A stretch of 64,000 nt of DNA from a virus. Its lineage: Duplodnaviria; Caudoviricetes. The notes under the pieces were generated by a model. The model made no database searches and was not told the origin of the DNA. It saw only the letters and a program-made list of their open reading frames with translations. The position numbers were made by a program, and so were the translations under genes. How positions within the stretch are numbered: position 1 is the first letter of the stretch; each line of letters begins with the position of its first letter. The DNA lies in the IMG/VR virus record IMGVR_UViG_3300036987_000310, positions 128,001 through 192,000 of that record; one strand, given 5' to 3'. This document shows, one piece after another, positions 17,573 through 26,519 of the stretch.

Positions 17573-17661
17573 CGGCTCCTCCTGATCGGGTGGAGCCTCC
17601 TGGCGGTGATCTTGACCTCATATTTGCACTTTACAAGTTCACAAGCCTTGAGAACACCATG

Positions 17662-17913
17662 TCAAACGGGAAGGCGACTGGCTTGCGACTCGAACGCACA
17701 AAGCATGTCTTTGATAAGACCACTTGCAAGCGACACGTCTTTCATGAGCTCTTGCAAACTTTTAACAGCCATTTGCATTTCCAGGTCCTCCATGGTTTTT
17801 CCTTGACCCACTAAAGACTGGACGTTGGCCAGAATTGCATCAGCTCTGGCCACATTCTTGAGCATCTTTTTTGTCAGCTTCTTCTTTTTTTGCTTTGCAG
17901 GGAGCTTGGCCAT
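17662..17913 (-). CDS. Small basic hypothetical protein
   Basis: 83-aa ORF, Lys-rich N-terminus. Confidence 0.55.
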   Translation of the reverse strand: MAKLPAKQKKKKLTKKMLKNVARADAILANVQSLVGQGKTMEDLEMQMAVKSLQELMKDVSLASGLIKDMLCAFESQASRLPV

Positions 17914-17999
17914 ATTTTCATGGTACCGGTTTTGTCGACCGATTTTCGCCCATGGTTTTAATCAGAAGTTTTAATACTCACTTGAACCCAGCCAAGTAT

Positions 18000-18164
18000 A
18001 TGATGAACTTAAGCAAAATAGCAGCCAGAATAGCGCAACAAACCGCGCTAAGCAATGAATATGAAAGCCGAATTTGGAAACGTTGCCTTGCATGTGCTTC
18101 AAGAATATTATGGAGACAAAGCGGGGTGGTGAGGCTTGGCAAATTAAGCCATAGTTTAACTTGA
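18000..18164 (+). CDS. Small protein with N-terminal IAxRIA motif (possibly degraded)
   Basis: MMNLSKIAARIAQQ; start moved to ATG 18000. Confidence 0.4.
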   Translation: MMNLSKIAARIAQQTALSNEYESRIWKRCLACASRILWRQSGVVRLGKLSHSLT

Positions 18165-18177
18165 TGTAATTTGCCAT

Positions 18178-18555
18178 ATGATGCCTCGGAAGAAGTCCAG
18201 AGGGATTGTGGTTGACGGAGTGGCGTTCAGGTGGGCAATCAACCACTCTGACATCGTCGTTCAAGCAGAATCGGGTGGTTCTATGCTTTTGGTAAACGGA
18301 GTCTGCCACAGAAGCTACGATTATGATCGCGACAAATACGTTCAAGAGCCCGTCACCCCGCGCTCAATTGCATCAGTGATCCGGCATTCCATGAAGTCTG
18401 GATGGGTATTCAATGCAAGGGGTCCAGTATTCAAAATCAATGTTGGGGATCTGTTGAAATATCGGTGCCCAACATGCAAAGATCTAGTTATCCGAAATGA
18501 TCACCCAGACTATGAATGTGGATTGAACGCCATTCGAACCATCATGGACACGTGA
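18178..18555 (+). CDS. Hypothetical protein with Zn knuckle and tag (TIMDT)
   Basis: SRGIVVDGVAFRWAI...CPTC...H...CGLNAIRTIMDT. Confidence 0.7.
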   Translation: MMPRKKSRGIVVDGVAFRWAINHSDIVVQAESGGSMLLVNGVCHRSYDYDRDKYVQEPVTPRSIASVIRHSMKSGWVFNARGPVFKINVGDLLKYRCPTCKDLVIRNDHPDYECGLNAIRTIMDT

Positions 18556-19034
18556 TGGTTCGAATAAAGTCAGAGATGTTGAACCCCGGGGACCTCCCCA
18601 TATATGATTTCCCGAATTGGAAGCACGAAATATTTTATTTGGAGGAGAAGGACGAGCACGTCCATCTCATGAAATTTGCTGGAAACGGAATTCGAGTGAC
18701 GATTCCGGAAATTGAACTGTGCTGCACTGCCAACAGTCAAGACGACGCAAGCGAGAAGGTTAGGCTGAAGGCGCTAAAGCTAATGGCTGAAGTGTGTGTT
18801 TTCATTGGTGCAGAAAACACATTCGTTGTCATGCCAGTCAGAAACCACATGGTTCTCCTACAAGAGGAGAAGTTCATGGCTGTCATGACTGTTGGTATGC
18901 TGTTTACTCGCGATCCAACGCCTGAAGACGTTGACGAGTTCCTCCCATGGATTCCGGAACGAATCCATGACTCCCGAGATTTTCTTGAAAACACTGAAAA
19001 AACTCTGGAAGTTATGGAAGTCATGACAGCATGA
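18555..19034 (+). CDS. Hypothetical protein with tag (EVMEVMTA)
   Basis: Start moved to ATG 18555 (TGATG overlap). Confidence 0.65.
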   Translation: MVRIKSEMLNPGDLPIYDFPNWKHEIFYLEEKDEHVHLMKFAGNGIRVTIPEIELCCTANSQDDASEKVRLKALKLMAEVCVFIGAENTFVVMPVRNHMVLLQEEKFMAVMTVGMLFTRDPTPEDVDEFLPWIPERIHDSRDFLENTEKTLEVMEVMTA

Positions 19035-19046
19035 AATATGACCTAG

Positions 19047-19118
19047 TGGGTCGTCCGCGAGTCGAACGCGGGGCAAGATCCTTATCAGAGATCTCAGGGC
19101 ACCGGCCCGTCACGACCC
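19047..19118 (-). tRNA. tRNA-Ile(GAT), compact D-arm
   Basis: GGGTCGT/ACGACCC acceptor, loop CTGATAA. Confidence 0.8.
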
Positions 19119-19163
19119 GATGTTGAACAAACTGAAGTACTAGAAGACACTGGATAAAAACAG

Positions 19164-19248
19164 TGCGCAGGAGAGGAATTGAACCTCCACGTTCACTAAG
19201 GAACAACAGGCCCTCAACCTGTCGCGGCTGCCATTACGCCACCTGCGC
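19164..19248 (-). tRNA. tRNA-Leu(GAG)
   Basis: Loop TTGAGGG, long variable arm, A73. Confidence 0.92.
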
Positions 19249-19265
19249 AGTTTGTAACGTGACAA

Positions 19266-19835
19266 ATGCAAAGAATTTTTCTTCTTGACGTGGACGGGAT
19301 TCTCACAGACTTCCATGCAGCTATTGCAGACGTTGCCACTCAAGCCGGGTTTCCGATAAGTTCTCAGCAAATGGGAGAATGGGAGATGTCGGCTTCGTTG
19401 AGAAAGCTGAACGTCCCCGAAGAGGTTATTGAACGCTGCATGTCTGCGATGTCGTCTGTCGGCTTCAACTGCAAGCTTGAACCAACAAAAGAAGCTGTTG
19501 AAAATTTGCCGAAGTTGACGAGAGTCGCCACTGTTCTATTCGTCACGTCGCCGAACGTGGGATGTAAAACCTGGGTTGAAGAGAGAATCTGGTGGATGAA
19601 GAAACACTTTGGGGTTTCTCAAGACGACATCATTTTTGTTCAAGACAAAAGCAACGTCCCGGGAGACGCTTTTGCAGACGACAATCCGCACAATGTTCTT
19701 CAGTGGTCAGCAAAAAATTTCGGGGCCGCGATTCTGTGGGACGCCCCGTACAACAGGTCCGTTGAAGTCAAACGGCGAGCCAAATCATGGAAAGACCTCA
19801 TCGATACAGCGAAATTTTTGAGCGAGATGCTGTGA
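19266..19835 (+). CDS. 5'(3')-deoxyribonucleotidase (NT5C-type HAD)
   Basis: LLDVDGILTDF motif I, VTSP, DKS..PGDAFADD, WDAPYN. Confidence 0.85.
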   Translation: MQRIFLLDVDGILTDFHAAIADVATQAGFPISSQQMGEWEMSASLRKLNVPEEVIERCMSAMSSVGFNCKLEPTKEAVENLPKLTRVATVLFVTSPNVGCKTWVEERIWWMKKHFGVSQDDIIFVQDKSNVPGDAFADDNPHNVLQWSAKNFGAAILWDAPYNRSVEVKRRAKSWKDLIDTAKFLSEML

Positions 19836-20066
19836 TCAAACGTCCATGATGTCGAACACTGAGTATTCTTCTTCCGACATGAAGCCAGCACCGGAATCGC
19901 CGTAGACTCGGAACCCACTTTCTAATTCAACGTATTTTATTTTACGTCCTTGCCGCACAATCCCAAAGCTTCCGTGGGCCGACGTGTGTTGATGTTTTTT
20001 CCATACGTAGACGCGAGACCCCGCCGAGAACCTGTCGAGAAGAAATTTTCCGGGGTCAAAGTCCAC
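19836..20066 (-). CDS. Small protein with tag (DIMDV)
   Basis: GTG start; N-terminus DFDPGKFLLDRF also present as a remnant near 20420-20480. Confidence 0.6.
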   Translation of the reverse strand: MDFDPGKFLLDRFSAGSRVYVWKKHQHTSAHGSFGIVRQGRKIKYVELESGFRVYGDSGAGFMSEEEYSVFDIMDV

Positions 20067-20067
20067 G

Positions 20068-20400
20068 TCATTCTTCCATGACGTCTCTAACGCCAGCCAG
20101 CATGCGCAAGTCGTTCATGGACCCTCTCGAGTTCAAAATGGTAGCGATGCTTTCTCTTCCCTCAGAGTTGCGGAAAAGGGGCCTCAGCTCGCCGCGATAC
20201 GACCCGAATTGCATCAAGCGGATCATCCAGCGCCGTCCACAACAAGCGCACACAAACCCAAACTGCATTTTTTCTCCGACAACCTCAGACCTGATGTCGG
20301 GCGATGAACAGTTTTCCATATGACGGACAATGTTGATCAACATGTCGTCGACATCATTGTCCCATGTTTTTTCATTCACAATGCGTTCCGTGGTTTTCAT
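20068..20400 (-). CDS. Hypothetical CxxC protein with tag (DVMEE)
   Basis: Start moved to ATG 20400; FVCACCG; ends VRDVMEE. Confidence 0.65.
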   Translation of the reverse strand: MKTTERIVNEKTWDNDVDDMLINIVRHMENCSSPDIRSEVVGEKMQFGFVCACCGRRWMIRLMQFGSYRGELRPLFRNSEGRESIATILNSRGSMNDLRMLAGVRDVMEE

Positions 20401-20415
20401 TCGTTGTGGACCTTT
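20371..20415. repeat. 45-bp direct repeat, copy 1 (41/45 identical to 21395-21439)
   Basis: Aligned by eye; four mismatches. Confidence 0.85.
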
Positions 20416-20467
20416 AAGCAACACACGCGCTCCCACCGGAAACCTATCAGGAAGGAACTTTTCCGGT

Positions 20468-21415
20468 TCAAAGTCCGCAGACAAGCTTTTCACCAAGATC
20501 TTTCAGAAACTCGGCGCCATATTTCCCGCCTGGCTCCAGACACGGTTCCATGAAATCTGGCAATTTGTCAAAGCTTCGAGCGGAAGCAATTCCCCAAGCA
20601 ATGGCGGCGACGCTGTCGGTGTCTCCGCCCCATTCAACCAATTGCTTCATCATTTCGACAAGAGATTTTCCAGAAGTGACCAGGTCAAACACGGCGTGAA
20701 CAGTCTTCATTCCAACTCCTGGCCCCATGACCGGACCCTGCCACCGCGGAAGCATGGTGGCAATTTTTTCTAGCTTTCCAGGAAGCATCATGGAGAGAAA
20801 TGTCACTATGGCTCCCGGCTGCATTGGGCCTGACGAGTACATGGAAAAGTGGGACATCAGTGCGACCAACTGCGACGACAAAACGCCGTCTGGCGTGTCG
20901 TGCGTTATGCGCGCTTGCCTTTCCGCAACTCGAACAACTCTTTCCGGAGATTTTAGAGCCCCGATTGGAACAGAACGCATCGCCGCCCCGTTTTTGTCTG
21001 ATTCGGGTCGAATTTTTTCAAGAAGCTCTTTTCCAGAGTCCACAGAGTTTAAAAGAGACTGGAAGCCTCGGGCGTAGCCGTCTCTGCGATCTCGTTTGTA
21101 GCATCGCACAAACGATTCGGCAAAAGCTTCCTTCGAGAGGTCTCCAGCAATCAGCGTTTCCGCGACTGCAATGGACATTTGCGTGTCGTCTGTGTACTGT
21201 CCGGGACGCAGGTTGTGCACTGGATGTTTCAAGTATTTTTCGAGCTTCAAAGCCTCGTCGCGAACAAACTGATCCCGGGGGAGTTTGATATATTCGGTCG
21301 CCATCGCGTAAGCGTCGGCGCAAGCAATAGACAAAAGCATGTTTGGATTCGGGTTCCGCATGCTGAAAATTACAGCGTCATTCTTCAATGACGTTTCATT
21401 CACAGTGCGTTCCAT
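20468..21415 (-). CDS. ADP-ribosylglycohydrolase (ARH/DraG family)
   Basis: ADAYAM, YTDDTQM, NGAAMRSVPIG, GGDTDSVAAIAWGI. Confidence 0.92.
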   Translation of the reverse strand: MERTVNETSLKNDAVIFSMRNPNPNMLLSIACADAYAMATEYIKLPRDQFVRDEALKLEKYLKHPVHNLRPGQYTDDTQMSIAVAETLIAGDLSKEAFAESFVRCYKRDRRDGYARGFQSLLNSVDSGKELLEKIRPESDKNGAAMRSVPIGALKSPERVVRVAERQARITHDTPDGVLSSQLVALMSHFSMYSSGPMQPGAIVTFLSMMLPGKLEKIATMLPRWQGPVMGPGVGMKTVHAVFDLVTSGKSLVEMMKQLVEWGGDTDSVAAIAWGIASARSFDKLPDFMEPCLEPGGKYGAEFLKDLGEKLVCGL

Positions 21416-21439
21416 GGTTTCTATTCGTTGTGGACCTTT
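21395..21439. repeat. 45-bp direct repeat, copy 2
   Basis: Covers the KVHNE* tag of the upstream gene and the ARH start. Confidence 0.85.
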
Positions 21440-21642
21440 CGGATCAAAAGCCAGGACAAATACTCCGACTTGTTGATAGGTTCAAACTTGCTAAGCAACA
21501 CGCCGGGGCCGCCGACGCCATCGACAGCGTTTATGAGCCACGCCGAGTGCTGCTCGCACGTGGCGTAGCAACGCCCCCACTTGTCTTTCCAAAAGTAGGT
21601 CGGCGTCGCAGCGCAACTGCTGTGTAAACACTCGATAGTCAC
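21421..21642 (-). CDS. Small Cys/His protein with tag (KVHNE)
   Basis: GTG start overlapping upstream stop; CLHSSC...CEQH; ends LIRKVHNE. Confidence 0.6.
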   Translation of the reverse strand: MTIECLHSSCAATPTYFWKDKWGRCYATCEQHSAWLINAVDGVGGPGVLLSKFEPINKSEYLSWLLIRKVHNE

Positions 21643-21863
21643 GACTCTAGAACTTCTTCCACGAGAAGCTTTCTTAAACAGTCGAGACAAGTGACCTTTG
21701 ACCTGGCAAAAGTGTATAGCATTTCAGGCTGCGTTCTAGACGCCGGAATCATGTGCACGTCGGGCGGGAGGGTTCTTATGGCCCATGGGTGCCCGCATGT
21801 TTGCGTGCAATATATGCGCACTTCAGGCTGTTGAGACCAGTCGCTCCAATGGATCAGGATCAT
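21639..21863 (-). CDS. Small Cys/His protein with tag (EVLES)
   Basis: CTQTCGHPW...VTCLDCLRKLLVEEVLES. Confidence 0.65.
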   Translation of the reverse strand: MILIHWSDWSQQPEVRIYCTQTCGHPWAIRTLPPDVHMIPASRTQPEMLYTFARSKVTCLDCLRKLLVEEVLES

Positions 21864-21877
21864 AGCGCGCTCGTCAA

Positions 21878-22213
21878 TTAGTACATGTTGCTTCTGTTGA
21901 TTATTCCGAGAAATTCCAAATCTGTGTGGGAAAGCCTGTATGTGGTGTCCTTGACAAGGTGTTCGGTCATGAACCGGTACATTTTGGCTTTTTCTCGATA
22001 CTCTTTGGCTCGACTGATCAAGTTTGTAGATTGATCCCCGCTAAACTTGGGGGAATCGTCGCCGGCCATTTCGGAAATCTTGGCGCTAAGAGCGCGCTGT
22101 TCTTCGCCTTGTTTCCCAAATACGTCTGCTTTCCGTTCGCATTGCTCAACGCGCTTTTCAAGGATCTTGCGAATTTCTTCAGACGTGACGTCGTAATGCA
22201 GTCCTTCAATCAT
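21878..22213 (-). CDS. Hypothetical coiled-coil protein
   Basis: Start moved to ATG 22213 after GGAG. Confidence 0.6.
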   Translation of the reverse strand: MIEGLHYDVTSEEIRKILEKRVEQCERKADVFGKQGEEQRALSAKISEMAGDDSPKFSGDQSTNLISRAKEYREKAKMYRFMTEHLVKDTTYRLSHTDLEFLGIINRSNMY

Positions 22214-22312
22214 GTTCATCTCCTTGTTGAAACAATACACCCAGCTCCAGGGGATGGAGTCCCCAATGTTTCGCGAGCGGTTGATGGCCGCTTGCCTTAG
22301 GCGACCCTGAAA

Positions 22313-22386
22313 TGGCGGGCCAGGCAAGAATCGAACTTGCTACCAGCGGTTTTGGAGACCACCGAGCTACCTTAGCGTTCTGACCC
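22313..22386 (-). tRNA. tRNA-Trp(CCA), encoded CCA
   Basis: Loop CTCCAAA, G73. Confidence 0.88.
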
Positions 22387-22392
22387 ATGAAG

Positions 22393-22465
22393 TGGGAAGA
22401 GACGGAATTGAACCGTCGACACGCGAATTTTCAGTCCGCTGCTCTTCCAGCTGAGCTACCTTCCC
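22393..22465 (-). tRNA. tRNA-Phe(GAA)
   Basis: Loop CTGAAAA. Confidence 0.92.
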
Positions 22466-22469
22466 TTGA

Positions 22470-22543
22470 TGGCGGTCCTGACGGGAATCGAACCCGCCTC
22501 ACTGCATAGACAGTGCAGCAGCCTCCCAGATGCTTACAGGACC
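22470..22543 (-). tRNA. tRNA-Asp(GTC), encoded CCA
   Basis: Loop CTGTCTA, G73. Confidence 0.9.
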
Positions 22544-22547
22544 GTAG

Positions 22548-22620
22548 AGGCGACGGTGAGACTCGAACTCACATGGTAGCGGTTAACAGCCGCTTGCCTT
22601 ACCGAGTAGGCTACGTCGCC
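22548..22620 (-). tRNA. tRNA-Asn(GTT)
   Basis: Loop CTGTTAA; discriminator U rather than the usual G. Confidence 0.88.
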
Positions 22621-22668
22621 AATTAAACACTTCATATCCTACGAACCTCACAAGATTCGTAGGCGTAG

Positions 22669-22740
22669 CATCCCCAGTAGGATTCGAACCTACACATCTG
22701 GTTCCGTAGACCAGCGCCCTGTCCATTAGGCTATGGGGAT
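22669..22740 (-). tRNA. tRNA-Arg(ACG)
   Basis: ATCCCCA/TGGGGAT acceptor, loop CTACGGA. Confidence 0.9.
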
Positions 22741-22800
22741 ATTTTACGGCGTTTGAGTGATGGCTAAGTGTGCTTATACGCTTTGAAGAGTGAACGTTGT

Positions 22801-22876
22801 TGGCATCCCCACGGAGATTCGAACTCCGATTCCTAGGCTGAGAACCTAGTTGCCTGAACCATTAGCAGATGGGGAC
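22801..22876 (-). tRNA. tRNA-Glu(CTC), encoded CCA
   Basis: Loop TTCTCAG. Confidence 0.9.
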
Positions 22877-22941
22877 ATGCGACGCTTTTCGCGCCGATCT
22901 GCTCGGGCACCTCCGATTCTAAGTCGGACACCTTTGCTGGG

Positions 22942-23014
22942 CGCTCCCAGCGGGAATCGAACCCGCATTTCCAGATTGAAAATCTGGCCGCCTAACCGTT
23001 AGCTAGATGGGAGC
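22942..23014 (-). tRNA. tRNA-Glu(TTC)
   Basis: Loop TTTTCAA. Confidence 0.9.
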
Positions 23015-23019
23015 AGTTG

Positions 23020-23102
23020 AGCGGACGACCGGAATCGAACCGGCCTGTGCTTGCGCACGCCAGGGTGGAAACCTGGTGCCCCGCCGTTGAGGCTTCGCCC
23101 GC
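23020..23102 (-). tRNA. tRNA-Gly(TCC) with long variable arm
   Basis: GCGGGCG/CGTCCGC acceptor, U73, loop TTTCCAC, extra arm GTGC-GCAA-GCAC. Confidence 0.85.
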
Positions 23103-23129
23103 ATAAAGTTTTTTTTTAGAAGCATTGAC

Positions 23130-23624
23130 ATGAATTTGTTTCGAATAGCCAGAAGAGTTGCAGCGATTTCCGGTCCAAACCAGTGTAAAAATTGTAGAGG
23201 CACTGGGTTCGTAAACATGGGAGACTGCCCCGAGTGCGGAGGCACCGGAATGGGGCCCCAATCGAGGCCGACAAGTCAAACGCCCATTGACGACATTGCG
23301 AGCAAGGTCATGGAAGCGTTCAGGACTGGGCAGGTCTGGGAATTTGCCGGAGAATCGCATCGAGTGCTGGAACTTCCGGGCAGAGTTACAGTTATCACCC
23401 ATTCTGATTATCCGAACGATCCCAGCAAAGCCTGGGTGGAAATCGTCGTTGATCTGGACGAAGACGAGTACGAGAAAAGATTCCACGAAAAGCCAGATAC
23501 CGGCGGATACTTTGGCTGGACAGTTGACATACGCCACTTGGACTTGACAAACAAAGCCGCAGTTCGGGACTGGGTGACGGAGATGGACAACGAAGGAGTG
23601 TTTGAAGGGTACGATGTCAACTAG
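23130..23624 (+). CDS. Protein with N-terminal IAxRVA motif and DnaJ-type zinc finger
   Basis: MNLFRIARRVAA; CKNCRGTG and CPECGGTG. Confidence 0.7.
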   Translation: MNLFRIARRVAAISGPNQCKNCRGTGFVNMGDCPECGGTGMGPQSRPTSQTPIDDIASKVMEAFRTGQVWEFAGESHRVLELPGRVTVITHSDYPNDPSKAWVEIVVDLDEDEYEKRFHEKPDTGGYFGWTVDIRHLDLTNKAAVRDWVTEMDNEGVFEGYDVN

Positions 23625-24403
23625 CTCTCGTGAATGTGTTCCACGAGAGTTTCCTTCACGATTTCCAACACGTCGCCATAAGACAGCTCAAGACCCATAG
23701 CCAGCATGGACATTTGAGTTGCAAGGCTTTTCACGCGCTTCTTTGCATCTTGCCTAAAAAGTTCTCTAACTTTTTCCCCAATTTCCCCGCGCTTCCCCTC
23801 TTCGACAGCCTTTTCGACTTCGATCTTCATTTTGTTTGTCAAAGAGAGTGTTGCGGAGTCTTTCGCCTCTGCAAAAGCGTGGTTTGTTTTCAAATGCTCA
23901 GGCAACGCGGCAAGCACAAATTTAGAAGCAACATCCTTCAGTGACGGCAAACAGTTTTTCACTCTCAAAAGCGAAGACTCAGAGCCAACGCTAACGTTGA
24001 CAAAAACTATTTCAGAAAAAAGTTCATGAAACGAACAAACCTGAAGACGTAGGGTGTCAGAAAGCTTCAGCTGAACTTCAACACTAGCATCTTCAAACCT
24101 TTGAACAAACTTGTCGATTTCCAGCTCGAACTGCTTTAGGAATTCTGCATAATCTTCAAGCGGCTTTTGAAGCTGCTTGCGAATGCAGGCAAGAATTTTG
24201 GGCTCATTTGACTCCGGAAATCGACCATGCTTTGCCAACCCGAGAAGACGTTCCACAGCGAGGCGTTCGAGCGTTAGAACTATGAAGTCATGACGATGCG
24301 AGAACTGCGGGTAGTAAAATTCGTAGACTTCGCCATCCAGCCGAATTGAAAAGCACGGCTTGCTTTTTTTGTTGATGTCATTAAAGAATATTTCAAACTC
24401 CAT
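23621..24403 (-). CDS. Hypothetical protein with tag (HIHES)
   Basis: 260-aa ORF ending LVEHIHES. Confidence 0.7.
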   Translation of the reverse strand: MEFEIFFNDINKKSKPCFSIRLDGEVYEFYYPQFSHRHDFIVLTLERLAVERLLGLAKHGRFPESNEPKILACIRKQLQKPLEDYAEFLKQFELEIDKFVQRFEDASVEVQLKLSDTLRLQVCSFHELFSEIVFVNVSVGSESSLLRVKNCLPSLKDVASKFVLAALPEHLKTNHAFAEAKDSATLSLTNKMKIEVEKAVEEGKRGEIGEKVRELFRQDAKKRVKSLATQMSMLAMGLELSYGDVLEIVKETLVEHIHES

Positions 24404-24439
24404 GTCGGAGTTTACTCGCGGAATTTAAGCATTTCCATC

Positions 24440-24811
24440 TCATCCAGGATCAGACGAACCGGTTTTTCTCAGCGGCTTGTCATGAATGCTCTTAGTCTTG
24501 ACGTACGGAGCGTTGGGGTTCATTTGCTCCTTCATCTTTTGCCGCTTGACCGTGTTTCTGACTTCTTGAAGCTTGTCTATTGCCGCCGCGATTTCTTCGT
24601 CGCTGGCGCTTCCGCTAGAAATTAGTTTTCCAAGCTTCTGCACCGTCTCTTCTAGGCCTTTGACGTCCTCAGGATTCAAAGAAACAGATGTGCGAAGACC
24701 AGCGATGACTCGGCGCAAATCGGCTGCCACTAACTCGCGAGACGGCTGGCGGGAATTGTCGATTTTGGCTGCTATTTGACGCAGAAGGCTTGACAGTTGA
24801 TCAGGGTTCAT
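24440..24811 (-). CDS. Protein with N-terminal LRxIAxKIDxSxxPS motif
   Basis: LSSLLRQIAAKIDNSRQPSRELVAADLRRV. Confidence 0.7.
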   Translation of the reverse strand: MNPDQLSSLLRQIAAKIDNSRQPSRELVAADLRRVIAGLRTSVSLNPEDVKGLEETVQKLGKLISSGSASDEEIAAAIDKLQEVRNTVKRQKMKEQMNPNAPYVKTKSIHDKPLRKTGSSDPG

Positions 24812-24826
24812 GCCCCAGGTCAGCTA

Positions 24827-25261
24827 TTAAAGATCCGGCAACGCTGGACGATTCCCGAGCTTTCGCAAAAACTCGATTTCGAGCTTTGCAGAAGACGCGG
24901 AGTCAGACCCATGCAAAGCGTTGTTTGGGGTTCCGCGGCCGAACTTTGCCCTGAGCGTTCCAGGTTTTGCATTGGCTGGATTTGTCGCCCCGATGAGCTC
25001 TCTCCATCTGGCGACAACATCTTTTCCTTCGAGCGTCATGACAACCATGGACCCGCTTGTCGTGAACTGAACAAGAGAGTCAAAGTATGGTCTGCCTTTA
25101 TGCTCCGAATAAAATTCCCCGGCCTGTTCTTCAGTCAATCTGATTGAAAACAAGTCAACAACCAGCATGTCGTTTTTGACAATCTCCGAGAGAATGTCTC
25201 CAACGTGCTGACTCCTGACTGCATCCGGCTTGATGATTGCGCATGTTTTTTCCATGCGCAA
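24827..25261 (-). CDS. ndk: Nucleoside diphosphate kinase
   Basis: EKTCAIIKPDAV...GTLRAKFG...NALHGSDS with catalytic His. Confidence 0.95.
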   Translation of the reverse strand: MRMEKTCAIIKPDAVRSQHVGDILSEIVKNDMLVVDLFSIRLTEEQAGEFYSEHKGRPYFDSLVQFTTSGSMVVMTLEGKDVVARWRELIGATNPANAKPGTLRAKFGRGTPNNALHGSDSASSAKLEIEFLRKLGNRPALPDL

Positions 25262-25269
25262 CGATACAA

Positions 25270-25653
25270 TCAGGACGATATTATCTGCCCGGGGGCTTCG
25301 AACAAGCTTTCCACAACTTCTCGCGTTCTGTGCTCATTGCACAAATGAAAAACGCGAAGCTCAATTTCGGCTGTTCCAGCGGTGAATTCATCGCACCCCG
25401 GGTGCTGACACACCCTCATCGTCTTCCTTCCTTCGCCATCTTCGAAGACCAGCCTATTGTCGAGCAAATACTGGCGATAGCACTCAGAGGCTTCTTCCGC
25501 AGAAGCGTGGCCGTCGTCGTGGTATTTGTCGTCGTGAGGCCCCCCAATAGGTCTTCCTGAACAGTATCCGACTGGCCAAATCTGTTTGTTGTTTTTGCAG
25601 GTGAAGTCCCATCGAAGAGACTTTTCTCGTTGTCGTGGCTGGTAGTAGTTCAT
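25270..25653 (-). CDS. Cys/His-rich hypothetical protein
   Basis: Start moved to ATG 25653 after terminator; GHASAEEASECY, CQHPGC, LCNEH. Confidence 0.65.
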   Translation of the reverse strand: MNYYQPRQREKSLRWDFTCKNNKQIWPVGYCSGRPIGGPHDDKYHDDGHASAEEASECYRQYLLDNRLVFEDGEGRKTMRVCQHPGCDEFTAGTAEIELRVFHLCNEHRTREVVESLFEAPGQIISS

Positions 25654-25682
25654 GACTCTGTCTACCTGCGACACAAGAGTCG

Positions 25683-25726
25683 AAAAAAAAACGGGGGCGC
25701 CTTCAGGTCGCCCATCCGGCGCCCCC
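25683..25726 (-). terminator. Intrinsic terminator downstream of the Tyr-Lys-Lys-Gln tRNA cluster
   Basis: GGGGGCGCC/GGCGCCCCC stem then 9 U. Confidence 0.8.
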
Positions 25727-25914
25727 GCACACATCACTAACACTGCAGGAGAGGATCGCGACATCCTGCGCACGCTCGCTGCAGCCCCCAGTAATGTCGG
25801 AGTCGATCACGATAGCGCATGCGTTTCCTCGGCCTGAAGCTGAGGCGAATTCGCGTCCAAGTCCTGTCGAATTTTGAAAGATCAGGGGCTTCCGAACACA
25901 TGGAAACCCATCGG

Positions 25915-25985
25915 CTCCGGGGGATGGAATCGAACCAGCATTTCCGCGTTCAGAGCGCGGCGGCCTTCCATTGGCCGACCCCGAA
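25915..25985 (-). tRNA. tRNA-Gln(CTG)
   Basis: Loop CTCTGAA, U1-A72, G73. Confidence 0.85.
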
Positions 25986-26067
25986 ATCACATCGCTTCTA
26001 ATCTGCCGTCTTGTCCCTCGAAGGGGACCTTCGTCTTCGTCTTCCAATTCACGTCCTTCCTTCAGAG

Positions 26068-26138
26068 TGGGCCCGCCGGGAATCGAACCCGGCCCGACGC
26101 TTTAAGAGAGCGTTGCTCCGCCTTGGAGCTACGAGCCC
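26068..26138 (-). tRNA. tRNA-Lys(CTT)
   Basis: Loop CTCTTAA. Confidence 0.9.
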
Positions 26139-26191
26139 TTCACACCCATTTACCGCCATTCTTGTTCTTGTTCGTTTCCATTATTTCCTCG

Positions 26192-26264
26192 TGGGACCGG
26201 CGGGGCTCGAACCCGCGATCGTCGGATTAAAAGTCCGCTGCTCTACCAACTGAGCTACGATCCC
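26192..26264 (-). tRNA. tRNA-Lys(TTT)
   Basis: Loop CTTTTAA, canonical D-arm. Confidence 0.92.
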
Positions 26265-26302
26265 CGTTTTGGACCCATCTATTCTTCGACGTCAAGAAAC
26301 AG

Positions 26303-26386
26303 TGGAGGCGTGTGGAGTCGAACCACCTAGACCAAAGTCCCTGCGTTTACAGCGCAAGCCGTTTCCCGGAACGTTCATCCGCCTCC
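26303..26386 (-). tRNA. tRNA-Tyr(GTA)
   Basis: GGAGGCG/CGCCTCC acceptor, loop CTGTAAA, variable arm GGAC-TTTG-GTCT. Confidence 0.85.
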
Positions 26387-26445
26387 GAAAAGCTTGGGTG
26401 CGCGCACGCGCTGCGGTATACTGTGTTCGCTTCATTTCTGACTCC

Positions 26446-26486
26446 AAAAAGCATCAAGGCCGCTCGATTTTCATCGGCGGCCTTGA
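26446..26486 (-). terminator. Intrinsic terminator with a competing upstream pairing partner
   Basis: TCAAGGCCGC/GCGGCCTTGA stem followed by TGCTTTTT. Confidence 0.65.
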
Positions 26487-26519
26487 GTTCCCCTTGCGGG
26501 GTGGTGGATCAAAGGCCGC

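Noticed and set aside
22878-22941. tRNA-like spacer containing TCCGA-CTTAGAA-TCGGA
   Set aside because: Anticodon-like hairpin only; no T-loop or proper acceptor stem.
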